Shown here: positions 50,470-64,000 of the stretch, one piece after another
Layout: each line of letters opens with the position of its first letter
How positions within the stretch are numbered: the stretch's first letter is position 1
NCBI GenBank assembly: GCA_951406725.2
Contig: OX597831.1
Span: 36,332,001-36,396,000 of the forward strand
Origin: Octopus vulgaris
Lineage: Eukaryota
DNA length: 64,000 nt
Reading direction: 5' to 3'
The notes under the pieces: generated by a model
What the model saw: the letters and a program-made list of their open reading frames with translations, nothing else
What the model was told of the DNA's origin: nothing
Databases searched by the model: none
Translations under genes and position numbers: made by a program

Positions 50470-50861
50470 AATACGTGATGTTTGTTTCCATTCTGCTGGT
50501 TGCGGGTCTCCAAGAACGTTCGTCAATATCGACATTTTTCGGTCATCTTGGAAACGTCTGAACCACTCGTACACTTGTGTGCGGCTGATGCACTCCTCTC
50601 CATACACTTTCTGCAACTATATGTAGGCCTCTGAGCAGGTATCGCCATGACAACGTTCTCTGTCATCGTCAATACGACGATCACACGCTACACACCTTCC
50701 TACAAAACATTGCTGTAAATAGCAGAAGTGAGCTAGAACGTTAGATCTTAGTGTGCATGCACAGCAAAGTTCAAGGTCAATCAGTGCCAAGCGGCTTTAG
50801 TCTGCGTGCTTTAGCTTCGTTACTGTGGAACAATTAGTATACATATTGATCAGACCTCGTA
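50470..50861 (-). mobile_element. Mariner 5' remnant
   Basis: Minus-strand LQKVYGEECISRTQVYEWFRRFQD (mariner HTH). TIR-like tacgaggtctgatcaata at the right end. Confidence 0.7.
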
Positions 50862-52929
50862 TTGTGCCTTCAAGCAAGACACTTTATTTCACGTTGCCTC
50901 AGACCAGTCGACCCAGGTAAAAAAATTTTCCGCCAAATGTTGGTGCCACCTCCCTCTTTACGCAACTGCCACATCCCAAATGTTTCAGGGGGCCAAGCTT
51001 GGGGGTGGGGACAAGAGAGTGTATGTATCTGCTGATACCTACGAGAGCACCTAAAACCATTAGCGAAAGCATGGCACATGCTGACAAGTCTTATTCCCTG
51101 CCGGGTCACGGCTGTACTAGAGAAGAAACCAGTACCATTAGAGAACCTATTTTCTTTCTCAGCAATTCAGATTTCAAATTAGTACCTGATCAACATTACT
51201 GCGTTTATATTTATAATATACGTTGCAATAATGTATATTATGCATACTTGCTTTCAATGCATAAAGGATTCTGCTTCACTTATACCTTTTGAGAAAAAGC
51301 TTAAATGTCATACCATTGTCTTATTTGAAAGTATTAAGTATGTTGCTTAAGTGAGACACTATTATTATTGTTGCTGAGTGTGCTGTTGTCATTTTTAATG
51401 ACATTTTTGCAAAGGGCATTTTTATAAAAGCCGTAAATATTGAGGCAATTAATTGTTTTCCTTTCTAAGAATAAGCAGAATTGAATTCGCTTAGAAATTA
51501 TTCAGCCCGAAGAATGTGAAATAATAATGCCTTTTGAGATTCTATTGTCAAAATAAAAATAATCTGCTAATAGACTATAGAATGCAGGCAACTCTAAGTT
51601 AATTTCTGAAGTTTCTAGGACAGATGAGACAAGATGACATCACGTTCGTATCTTGGTGAATATGCAGACCTGAAGTAAAATGATTAAAGCCGCGAATCAA
51701 AATCAACGAAGCATCTTTACATAGACGTTAGGTCTGCTAAAAGCATGTAACCGAATCCACACCCGATCATCCCACAGAAGACCTAAATATATTAGGCTTG
51801 ACGAAAGTGCGAGATGGTCACGTCCGTTGTGCAAAGGCTTCCTGGATCAGGACTGAACTACTATTGCTAATCTCGATACAGTTATTAATTCTGCTAGAAA
51901 TATTAGCCAAATCTCTTTCTTTCAATCGAAATACTACTGGATTAAAGAAAATGGAAGGAAATAATGCCTGAAATAATGTCTTGTCTCAGACGTAGTTCGT
52001 TTGGTAATAGATTTTGCTCAGTAAGTTCCAATGTTTAATCAATATCTAATTAAATGTTTAGTTCAAAAGTTTATTTAAAATGGGGATCAAAATGTATCGT
52101 TTACAATTAATTCTATGCATCACTTAACTACATAACTTTATGTTAAATCTGTTTTACGCCAAGAATTAGGAGTCAGATATAGATTTCACGTTGGCGTTAG
52201 ATTTAAATACGATTTTAATGGATTGGCTTAATACAATATGTGAACAATTAATTCTAAATGTTAGTATTTAAGGTAATAGAAAATAAAATAATTTTCTGTA
52301 TTACACTTTATCTATGAACTCTTAAAAGAAAATTTTATTTATATTTCAATGGTTTTAGATCATATTTTATATTCTTTTCTGCATTTTTAATATTTTGAAT
52401 AATAATTTATATAAGGCGAATAAAATATATTATTTGAATTATAGAGTTTAATCACTAAAATAATTTGTTTATTCCTCTCAATTTAATGGAAACTAAAACA
52501 AAATATTCAAGCTGATAAAAAAAATCTTATCAAATGAACTTTGAAAATTGTGAGATATCTTTAATTAGAAATTTAGACGGACGGATGATTCTCACTCTGT
52601 TTCGACGATGAGGTTTCAGATGTTCGATTAACCGAGCTTCCAAGTTAACGTGAAAGTGGCTGGCCCTTTCCATACTCACGTGTTCACTTAACACAATTTT
52701 CATACAGAATCGGCGCGAATCAGTATATGTATGACAAGGCTGCACTTTTGAATTGCGAGTAGGACCCATTTGACGAACTTCTATACAAGTTCACTTACAG
52801 AGCATAAGTCAACAAGCGATCATAGAAAAATGATAGTTGCTCAAAATGCTGCCTAATGCTACCATTGTGATTGCAAAAAAAACTTCTTAACCATTCGGCT
52901 ATGCTGGATTACGTCATCGTCATATATCA

Positions 52930-53310
52930 TACGCTTTTACAACACGTCGATGACGCTACAACGAAAATCTTCCCGGTTGAGCGCGTGGTCTCCCATCGGA
53001 TGAAGCTGAGTTTCATACGAAATTTACCGGGCAAATATATTGGGATAGTTTCCCATTGCCTTCCTCAGGTGGATGGCCATTGGCCCAGAAGGAGCTCATC
53101 CGCCCTTCTACAGGTCTTGTTTGTAGTCCTGTTGGGTGTCCAGAAACTTTCCTCACAAGAGTAACAAACTACACGATTGGGGGAACTGGTTTAGTCGCTC
53201 ACCACTCGACCGTGAAATAGGTAGTACTGATTTACAAGGTACCAATAGCAGGTCTCACCATCCTGTGTCGTGATCCCTGACTGGTACTCATACTGGATCT
53301 GCGATTAGAA
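52930..53310 (-). mobile_element. Probable RTE-type 5' UTR/SINE remnant
   Basis: GC-richer patch with minus-strand gaggaaggcaatgggaaac, similar to an RTE/BovB-type motif recalled from memory. Confidence 0.35.
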
Positions 53311-54539
53311 AGGAAAACCAATCACTTATAAATACTTGTTGCCGCCATTTATATTGTTGCTGTCATTTATATTGCTACAAATTAATAAGGTTCAGGCTTA
53401 AGCTATAGTAGTCAGCTTCGATTATAACAAACATCTTGCGAAATTCACCGGAAATCACAAATATTATTATCGGACAAAATGCTAAGTGGTATTTCTTCCA
53501 GTCCTCTATGTTCTAAGTTCAAATTGCGACGAGGTTGTCTTTCATTATTCGCGGTGGATAAAATAAGTTCCAGTTGAACACTGGAGTCACAGTAATCGAC
53601 TTTTTCCTCTTCCTAAAATTGCTGGCTGTGTACCAAAATTTGAAACCATTATTGTTATTGCTTAAGCATAGAGTTATGTCAAGCACCGGCTGATATATGT
53701 AGGGTGAATATGGTTATCATCGTCCCGCTGCCTTCATTTAGGAAGGAAAGACAGGCCATCTTTGTCTAGGGACTTTGGTGAAACAGATTATGTAATGGAC
53801 CAAATTAAAGGGGCAGCTAGAAACCGACTCCTTCCTCATTGGATTGGCCCTTATTAATTTTTTCTAGTTTTCTTTTGTAAATGAGGGTGAGGAGAGACGT
53901 ATTAACACCCAGTAAATTTGCTTAAATGTGGATGAGATTAGCAAGGATGGTCCGAGTGAACAGGCCAGCTTGGAGCTTGCGGCTGTGTATTACAGGAGGG
54001 CAACAGAGGAAGATTACTTGTGTATGTAGTCAATGTAAACGTGGTTTTGTGGGGTTTCCACGAGTAACCTTCAGAAGTCTCCTTCTTTTGTGTGTATGTA
54101 TGTGAGTTTGGGCGGGAGAATTATTTCTTGGTTGACGTTGCTTGTTTAGCATGTTCGTACAATTTCATTTCTGGTTTCACATCAAAGTGTTGGTATATCG
54201 TTCAGTGTGTTGTTGATCTCTCGATTACATTGGTGTATATACTGTAATTAAGCAAGAACTAAGTACTAGCTGAGTATTGAGGTCGACGTAATCGATTCAT
54301 CTACTCTTGGGTATGAGTATTAAAAAAACTGCATTCCTCTGCGAAGCCATGTCGAACCAGTGTGGTAGAGTGGTAGAGTAGGCTAATCAGTCTTGTATGA
54401 GCTCAAGCTCAAATTCACAACCTCCACATAGGACCGTGGTTGGTGTAGAGAACATATTGAAGCCTTCGCCCTGCATTGGACCAAGATCAGACCATTCAAT
54501 CCAATCCAAGAAAGGTTTGGGCATCCGCAGATGATGTGG

Positions 54540-55105
54540 TAATTTTGTTACTAGACATTTTGTATTTTGGTGCTGAGCCCGTTTTCATTTTGTTGTTTTT
54601 ATAATTATTTGCTGCCAAGCGTTGATCTTGTACATATAGAAATCAATGCTTCAGTTTCTATTTTTAGTCCAGAGTTGGCTTTAAAATATGTTTACTTCTT
54701 CTGTGTCGAACCTTACAAGTACTGGCTATGCAAATAAATTTTCTCTCCTTATCCTCTTAAGTATATTTTGCAGCTCTGTTTTCATGTCGATGTTTATTTC
54801 TATCCCTTTGACTATCGCTGTTACATTATCTACATTTATTATTTCAATGTCGTATGTTTTTTTCCTCTTTACGTTTATCACTCTTACATTGTTTCTAAAT
54901 ATTTTTACCAGGACGACAGTTGTTATTTTATAACATAGTTTTTTAAAAGCATTTTGCCAGGCCACGTCTTCTGGATGCTGGTTAGATATATTCTTTTCAT
55001 ATCTGGCCTGGGGTGCTATCAATTGTTTCTGTCAATAGCTTCTCGTTTTAATGTTTAAATTCCAGTTGATTATACTCAAGCTGTAATTTGTAAAGTGTGC
55101 CAGGC
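54540..55105 (-). mobile_element. Degenerate R4/Dong-type LINE fragment with an unrelated insert
   Basis: Minus-strand SGLKIETEALI..QDQRLAANNYK...KTGSAPK matches the R4-type ETE..IAAQDQ region. Confidence 0.55.
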
Positions 55106-55174
55106 TTCTTCTTCTTCTCGTCGTCGACGACGACGACGACGACGATGATGAAGAAGAAGAAGAAGAAGAAGAAT

Positions 55175-55582
55175 TAAGGCGGTGAGCTTGTTGAATTGTT
55201 AGCACGCCGGGGGAAATTCCTAGCAGTATTTCGCTTGCTGCTATGTTCTGCGTTCAAATTCCATTGAGGTCGACTTTGCTTTCAATTGTTTCGGTGTTAA
55301 TAAATTAAGTACTAGTGAAACAGTTCACCAAAATGGTTGCCCCTGTTGCAAAATTTGAAACCATTATAAATTATTAGCAGGCGACGAGCTGACAGAATTG
55401 TTAGCACGCTGGGCAAAATACTTAGTGATTTCGCCCATCGCTATGTTCTGAGTTCAAATTCCGCCGAGGTCGACTTTGCCTTTCAGCCTTTCGAAGTCAA
55501 CAAATTTAGTACCAGTGAAGCACTGGGGTTGATATAATCGACCTACCCCTCCCCCAAAATTGCTGGCCTGTGCCAAAATTAT
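55175..55582 (+). mobile_element. Two adjacent SINE family B copies
   Basis: Heads at 55175 and ~55378, each with B box and central domain. Confidence 0.8.
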
Positions 55583-56444
55583 TAAACGGTAGAATCGTAG
55601 TAAGGAATAAGTGTTTTATACCTCGAGATGACAAAAGCATTTTAAAAGAAAAAGGGAAGAAAGATACAGTAAACGTTTTAAAATGTAATGTACTTGAAGT
55701 CTGTACCTGTTTTCGGTGGATTGGGGAGCGGTTTACTTTATTTTTAGTCATCGCAAACATTCATCAGAATCCACTTTGTTATAAACATGTTGACCAGGTC
55801 ATAGGTGCGAGAATAAATCAACATCTTGTTCAACTACATCCTAACGCACCATCGATCAAATCGTATTATAATCTTTCTTTCCTCTATGAATCTAAGAAGT
55901 TCGCCCTTCCATTTCTGACTAAATCGAGCACACACACACACACACACGGAATGGAAACAAACGTAAATGTTCACAAACTCAATCACAAATCAAAAACAGA
56001 ACTACAGAACGATTTAAAATTCATCTATTGTTAGAAGTTACAAATTAGTAACGGTGGAAATTTGGGCGTCAATTATATACTTCAATTATATGTCATTTCC
56101 TTAAAACTTTACCGAGGTTAGCGACTAAAAACAAACAAAGAACAACAAATTAAACAACATGAAAAAAATAACAATGTTATTTCCTCTTTGTTAACGGTCG
56201 ACTAGTCCTAGATTTGTTGATCGTGATTAAGTCTTCCAAGCCAATTGTAAATAATGTATTCTATAAAAATCGGAATGTCATAATTCTTCGGGTAAAGGAA
56301 TCTGAATTAGATTATAAAATTAATGACAACAGTTATAACAAACAATCGGCGAATACATTATTGATAAAGAGGAGAAAAAAAATCAATGAAGAAATTAGAG
56401 AAACTAAACTAATTTGTTTGAAAACTCATTCCAACTGAATAGAC

Positions 56445-56860
<416 letters not shown>

Positions 56861-58086
56861 TTTGAGTGATTGTAGATATGTATATCTTTGTACATATACA
56901 CATAAATATATATATGTATGTGCATAGACATATATGCATAAATACTTATATTACACTGTACACACATATATATGACTATATATGTGTGTAGAGAGGAATT
57001 ACTAAGTCAGTATGAAACAAAAAATACATACATACATACACAAGTATAGTCTTAAGCCAATATCAACCAACATCACTCAATATTATTTAGCATAGTTTGT
57101 TGAACTAAATAGTTAAAACAAAACGGGGGAAAAAACACAGCTTAAAACCCTATTATTATTTCTTTTATTATTACTATTATTATCGAAAATATTACGTACA
57201 GTTGCAATGAAAATGTCATTTTAACCAATCAATAACAAAGTGAATTTAAAATGTCTATAATGATGAACAGGCAAACAAATAAAAGACGAGAAAAAATAGA
57301 GAAATATATCGTGTACCAACAAGCGAGTTGGTGGTAGATTATTCAATAAATGGTAATAAGATTTAATTGACGATTTGGGTAAATTTGTCTGATTGGTTTT
57401 TTTTTATGGTAATTTATATATATATTTTTTTACATTATTGGTGTTTCTGCATTATTGTATTTGGTCTTAGTTTTACGATATTGGCTTTTTTTTAATGCTA
57501 GGTTTGTATTGCATCTACTTTGCATTAGTATCATATATGCTATAGGGAAGCCATTTTCTTTCTCTCGTAGCTTCTCTCTCTCGTTTTTTTTTTTTTACGA
57601 GAGCATAGTTTTAATTAAGTATACTAAAGCACATACTCTCTCACTTTCTCTCTCTTTAAGTCACACACAGCTTGGTGTATACACAACGACATACGAACTA
57701 ACTGTATATGGTTTTGCACATAAAACCGTCATAAACAAGCAAAAACCACGTAACGTTAGCAACGCCATTAAGGAAAGAAATATTCCTATCATGATTTACT
57801 GTGCTCTAGATTACTCAAACATGCACACACACACACAATGTAAGTACTTATGTTCTGTACAGATTTACTGATAGATAAGCATCTGAATTCAGCCCCCCAC
57901 CCAAATTGATTATAAGATTAAATACCACAATTAGGTATACACATAGTTCTACGTCATCATATAACTATGTAAATATTAAACATACACTCGCTCAAACACG
58001 ATATAATAATAATAATAATAATAATAATGATAATAATAATAATAATAATAATGATAATATATACTATTCTTTTAAGTTTTTTATCA

Positions 58087-58143
<57 letters not shown>

Positions 58144-59018
58144 CTCGTACATATATGTATACACTTTAACGACTAAGCACTCTACACTGATGGGAGGTAC
58201 TTAAAGTAAGTACACCAGTCAAGAAGCAATAGTCACATAAGTGTTTAGAGAATATATTGCACAGACACACCTTTCATATCGAAGTCAATGGTTAAGTTAG
58301 TGTTAACATATTCAAAACCGATTACAGCAATTAGTATGCATTGAAAGAAAACCATCACTGCATTCAGCGGAGAAACATTCAATAATATTGTTAAAATTAA
58401 GTATCACTCTTGTACTGATAATTTAATCTATTTTAACCCTCCTCAACATTTCAGGCTTTGGTTCGATGTCAGATGTAATAACTAAACGAATAAAATATAA
58501 CATTGATAAGAAAGACAACTCTAGACACGCTTCGATCTTGTTAGACCAATTCAGAAAAGAATAGCTTTCACCGTACACCGTATACGCGCCGAAGTAGTGA
58601 CAAGGGAATGACAAATGAAGTTAGATTAATGCTCATTTGAAGAAGTAAGAAAATGAGACTAGTTTCCTAAATAGCTAACAGACACCGACCAGAACAGTTA
58701 ACCGGGTTTGAATACTTTAATACTGGGGGCATAAAACAGCTAACAAGAAAAAATAATTATGCATTAAAGAAAAACAATATTAGCAATAGGTTAATATTAT
58801 TGTGATTGTAATTCTAAGTATGAGAAACACTTCTGGAATATTTTGCCGGATTTAAGCCTCCACAGCCCAGCTTGTAATTCCCTGTACCTGCCGAAGTAGT
58901 GAGTGGGAGAAATAAGATGCTCTAGTAATTAATTTGCTATCACGATGAGCCGCTCCAACGGGGAAAAACGACTCAATTATTCCTACTCAATAAGTTTTGA
59001 GTCTTTGGACATATGTCT

Positions 59019-59421
59019 CCTATTTCTTTATTGACCACAAGGGGCTAAACATAGAGGGAACAAACAAGGACAGACAAAGGGATTAAGTCGATTATATCGT
59101 AACTGGTACTTAATTTATCAACCCCGAAAGGATGAAAGGTAAAGTCGACCTCGGCGGAATTTGAACTCAGAACGTAACGGCAGACGAAATACTTATTTCT
59201 TTACTACCCACAAGGGGCTAAACACAGAGAGGACAAACAAGGACAGACAAACGGATTAAGTCGATTACATCGACCCCAGTGCGTAACTGGTACTTAATTT
59301 AATCGACCCCGAAAGGATGAAAGGCAAAGTCGACCTCGGCGGAATTTGAACTCAGAACGTAACGGGTGACGAAATACCGATTCACATTTCGTCCGGCGTA
59401 TTAACGTTTCTGCCAGCTCGC
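59019..59421 (-). mobile_element. SINE family B dimer (head + 2 bodies)
   Basis: Two body/tail units joined at gacgaaatacttatttctttac. Confidence 0.9.
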
Positions 59422-60244
59422 TTTGGACATAAGCCTCTACAGAAATAAAGTCCTAGCTATTTCCAACAACAGAAATGGGTGTAATCTGCATAAAATGAGA
59501 GAAGGCCTAATTAGTTTCTTTGAAGATCTAAGACATGCAAGTTACTGCAACTACTATGATAAATAAATTTCTAGCTGATGCCTAAAAATTCCAACACGTA
59601 AATACAAAGAATAAACACACAAAAAAAGTAATGAAATGTCATTAAATCATTTACTCAGAACTTCGCACAGTCAATCGTTCTAAGTACCTCATTGTTTATA
59701 AATAATAGATGGATCCCCGAATATTGCTTATTTTTCGGTAATTAAACATAGAGGTGTTCACGAAAATCTTGCATCTAAAGTACGTTGGATCTAAAATGTA
59801 TATTTATGTCCTATGTCTGAGAGAGACTAGGACCAGGAGCAATGGTTCTTTCAATCAACTCTTCCTTGGCTACACACGACACGTCAGTGAGCTGGAATGA
59901 CATATGTACAGGAAACCAAAGAGAGAAATTGTGGTTAGAATTTTAATCACTATTTATCCTGTGCGCGCGAATAAACACGCTATCCATTTGTTTGTCAATT
60001 AGAATTTACTACCAACTACATGAATACGAGACTATATTTTCATAATAGCTTATAGTGATTTGTTAAATTAGCACAAGAGCAGGTGTTTGTATTATAGATG
60101 CCATCGAATAAAACTCTACATATGCATGTCACAAATTTTAGCGGTTGCCTCCAAAACGCCACAGGATTTTGAAAAATTTAGAAATTAAGCGTAACACATT
60201 TACAATTATTATCATTAGAAATATAGTCACGATTAGCTTTAGAC

Positions 60245-60602
<358 letters not shown>

Positions 60603-61417
60603 TTATGTGAAACTTCGCGTTACAGTGATCGAAAATCAGTCTGAATATATATCCAAGAGGATGAAGAAGACGCGGACATATGCGGAACCAAGTGAGCGAG
60701 CTGTTGGAAGCTACTAGACTGGTTGTTTCTTTGAAAGTCTCATTGCTAAACGTGTTGTTAATGACCGTGAACTTTCTTAGATCGATAACTTCAGAATGTT
60801 GATATCGATTTCTGGCATGTGCACAAAGGTAAAAAAAATTGAGAGGAATGTTATACAGAACTAACTCTAAGATTACTGAGGTTCTAGGCAAACTGAATCA
60901 AGATGCCCTGAAATGATATGTTTTCTTTTTAAGTTTGCATAAGAAAAACGGCAAAGAAGGATCAAAGTGGTTATTTCAATATACGAAGAAAAACTGAAAC
61001 AGCATCAAAGCTTCAGACTATCATTAACATTAATATGAGAGAGATAGAGAGAGAGAGATTGAGAATTGATGTTACTGGCAATAATCTCGACACATTTTTA
61101 TAACAAATGTTGGGAAGATGGACAGGAGAGTGAATGTTCGAAGGGTGCTGGGGATCGGCTGTGAATGTAAAGAAATTTCTCCTGATAAGTTAAAATATAT
61201 GAACAGAACAAAAGCTGCGAAAGAAAACCCATTGTCCTAAAACCATAATGTTTAAAATTTTAATCTGGATTTATACCTAGAAGACCCCCAAACACATGTC
61301 GTGACGTCCGCTATGAGGTGCAGACATGAGCGACTGCTCAAGAAGTTGTCGGTAACTTCGGCAGACCTTGAGGTTATTAGTCGATTATTTGTAAATGAAA
61401 CATAATTGTTGCTTTAC

Positions 61418-62003
61418 TTTATCGAGCCAATAATACTGAAAAGCAAGTCGACCCCTGGCAGAATTTGAACTCAGATTGTGAAGTAACGTGAAGGAATGCC
61501 GCAAAGCAATTTCGTTTGTCACTATCATGACAATACCAATGATCTGCTTTCAAATACTTGTAGCATGCTGAAAATAAGAACCATATATATTTCTTTACTG
61601 CCCACAAGGAGCTAAATATAGAGGGGACAAACAAAGACAGACAAAGGGATTAAGTCGATTACATGGACCCAGTGCGAAACTGGTACTTTATTTATCGACA
61701 GCGAGAGGATGAAAGGCAAAGTCGACCTCGGCGGAATTTGAACTCAGAACGTAACGACCGACGAAATATCTATTTCTTTACTACCCACAAGGGGCTAAAC
61801 ACAGAGAGGACAAAGAAGGACAGACAAACGGATTAAGTCGATTACATCGACCCCCCAGTGCGTAACTGGTTCTTAATTTATCGACCCCGAAAGGATGAAA
61901 GCAAACTCGAATTGGCGGAATTTGAACTCAGAACGTAGCGGTAGACGAAATACCGCTAAGCATTTTGCCCAGCGTGCTAACGATTCTGCCAGCTCGCCGC
62001 CTT
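61418..62003 (-). mobile_element. SINE family B dimer plus an older copy
   Basis: Junction gacgaaatatctatttctttac at ~61760. The direct repeat tgaaa(a)taagaaccatata flanks the dimer (~61569 and ~62003). Confidence 0.88.
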
Positions 62004-62485
62004 GAAATAAGAACCATATACTCCTCATATCACACTTATCCTATTTTAAAGAAATCAATTGCAGCATTCCGTTAGATTCACTTCAACATTTAAATTTAAT
62101 TTGTTGAAATATTTTCGTCGCTTTGAGACAGTGACCTGTTCACTGACAAAATTCCATGATGCATCTCATTTAAAGAAATGTAGACAATAAAAGAATACCC
62201 TGGTTAAAATAGCACAATGATCGACATTAAGATGTGGTGGTCGTGTTTGAAACATTTTTGACTATATATTTGCTTCATCAAGATTGACCCAAAGTGCAAA
62301 AACATGAACAACAACTGTTGTGGTAATCATTCACCGATTCTCTTTTCCCCTCCTTAGCCTTCACTGTTTTCTCACTCATTGATATATTCTATATCGTAGC
62401 CTCAACGTCATCCCAGCCAAATATCAAATCTCACCTTGGTTAATGTTCTTAGGTTTCCCGTACATATACAAAAAGAAAAAGAAAA

Positions 62486-62684
62486 GCACAAGGCCTGAAG
62501 TTTTGTAGAAGTGGGATAGCCGATTACATCGACACACATGCTTCACTGGTACGTAATTTATCGACCTTCGAAGGATGAAAAGCAAAATCGACATCCGCGG
62601 AAATTTGAACGCAGACCGTAGAGATGGACGAAATGCCGCTAAATTTTTCGGCCGGAGTGCGAACGATTCTGACAGCTCGCCACC

Positions 62685-62745
<61 letters not shown>

Positions 62746-62974
62746 TAATAATAATCCTTTCTACTAGAGGCACAGGCCTGAAATTTGGTGGGATGTAAGA
62801 GGTGGATGGTCGATCATATCGGCCTCAGTGTTCAACTGGTACTTAATTTATCGACCCCGAAATGATGAAAGGCAAACTCGAATTGGCGGAATTTGAACTC
62901 ATAACGTAGCGGCAGACGAAATGCTGTTAAGCATTTCTCATGGCGTACTAACGATTCTGCCTGTTCGCCGCTTT
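62486..62974 (-). mobile_element. Two SINE family B copies separated by (TAA)n
   Basis: Central domains at ~62560 and ~62850. Confidence 0.8.
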
Positions 62975-63008
62975 AATACTAGTATTAATAATAATAATAA
63001 TAATGATA

Positions 63009-63042
<34 letters not shown>

Positions 63043-64000
63043 CGATGATGATGATGATGATGATAATAATAATAATAATAATAGCAGCAGCAGCAAAAGC
63101 TAAAACACCAACTATGATAGTAATGCATTAGAGAGTCAGCTTAGAAATATTTTACAGTACGTAGCTGAGTTCTTAACAATTTAGTTACCAAATTCTACAA
63201 CGAATTAAACCCCGCAGAGCAGAACAGAATAAATACCAACAATACAGTGGTAAAATTTGATGTTGAAATGAATTGGTTCTTTATGTACACTTCGCACATA
63301 AAGATCCATTGTGAAGGTGACAGTAATTCTGAAATATAAAATTGTTCTAGAGTTCTCACGATTAGATTAATGGCCTTATTCTTACAAGTTATAAAGATAA
63401 CTTTTACAAAAGATAATTCCACGTTGTCAAATGGAGACATTTTTGTTCTTCAAAAGTGATATTAAAACAATTTTACGTTCTTAATACTTTATATTTATAC
63501 CAAAGATTACATGAGTGAATGAGTTAGCCTCTAGGTAGTCGATCAGTCTGCTAGAAATAGATCTCGAATCTCGCCGAAGTCACAGTTTAGTGTCTAGAAA
63601 TAAAAGAAAACAAATACACGAGTGTAATATAAGTTATGTCTGATGGAGGGGTCATGGTTAGAATGCTGGTCAGTATGGTGGCTCTGCTCAGTCTGTAGTT
63701 ACCTGGTTCTAAACAAGGACTTTGAAAATTTTGACTTGTGTTTCAATTCCTCATTCAGAATTCTCATCACTCCATCCAAAACACTCAAATTCGCCACATC
63801 ATAAACAGATTGTGGAGACAACAACGTCCAGTCTACACATTCATAACTCTCACGCAAAGAGACGAACATTTTTTTTTTCCTATTTTAAAGATATTAAAGA
63901 TATTTGAAGGGCTCTAATTATATACAAAATCTGTTCTGACACACGTAGCTCCGGCAAGAACAAACCTCAGCACTTCCGTCCATACATACATAGAGATACA

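Noticed and set aside
55570-56034. 154-aa ORF as a host exon
   Set aside because: It starts in a SINE tail, crosses a (CA)n tract and has no recognisable domain.

Overview
AT-rich, microsatellite-saturated animal DNA. The SINE families and (TA)n/(TAA)n load point to an octopus-like coleoid cephalopod; this is an inference and was not checked against a database. I can support no host protein-coding gene, rRNA, true tRNA or CRISPR array, so the window looks intronic or intergenic. The only long intact ORF (18498-20795, minus) encodes a Penelope-like retroelement (PLE) RT plus GIY-YIG protein. It lies between ~381-bp near-identical inverted pseudo-LTRs inserted in (TA)n. The window also holds decayed DNA transposons (two DD37D/maT, a DD34D mariner, mariner remnants and MITEs, a hAT-like element), R4/Dong- and RTE-type LINE fragments, and about 30 tRNA-derived SINE copies in four families. 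The main signal is a dense set of type I/minimal hammerhead-ribozyme (HHR) motifs read directly from the sequence. They lie at 378-457, 2061-2099, 9890-9935, 17583-17617/21466-21500, 23832-23865, 36966-37024, 45940-46057 and 49113-49185, plus partial ones. Most sit in short non-coding elements, largely unrelated in sequence, that are bounded by microsatellites and often show PLE-style fold-back ends. One is a tRNA-promoter + HHR SINE. Together they suggest a family of retrozyme-like non-autonomous elements mobilised by PLEs. Ribozyme activity and mobilisation are untested inferences. SINE and remnant boundaries are approximate.
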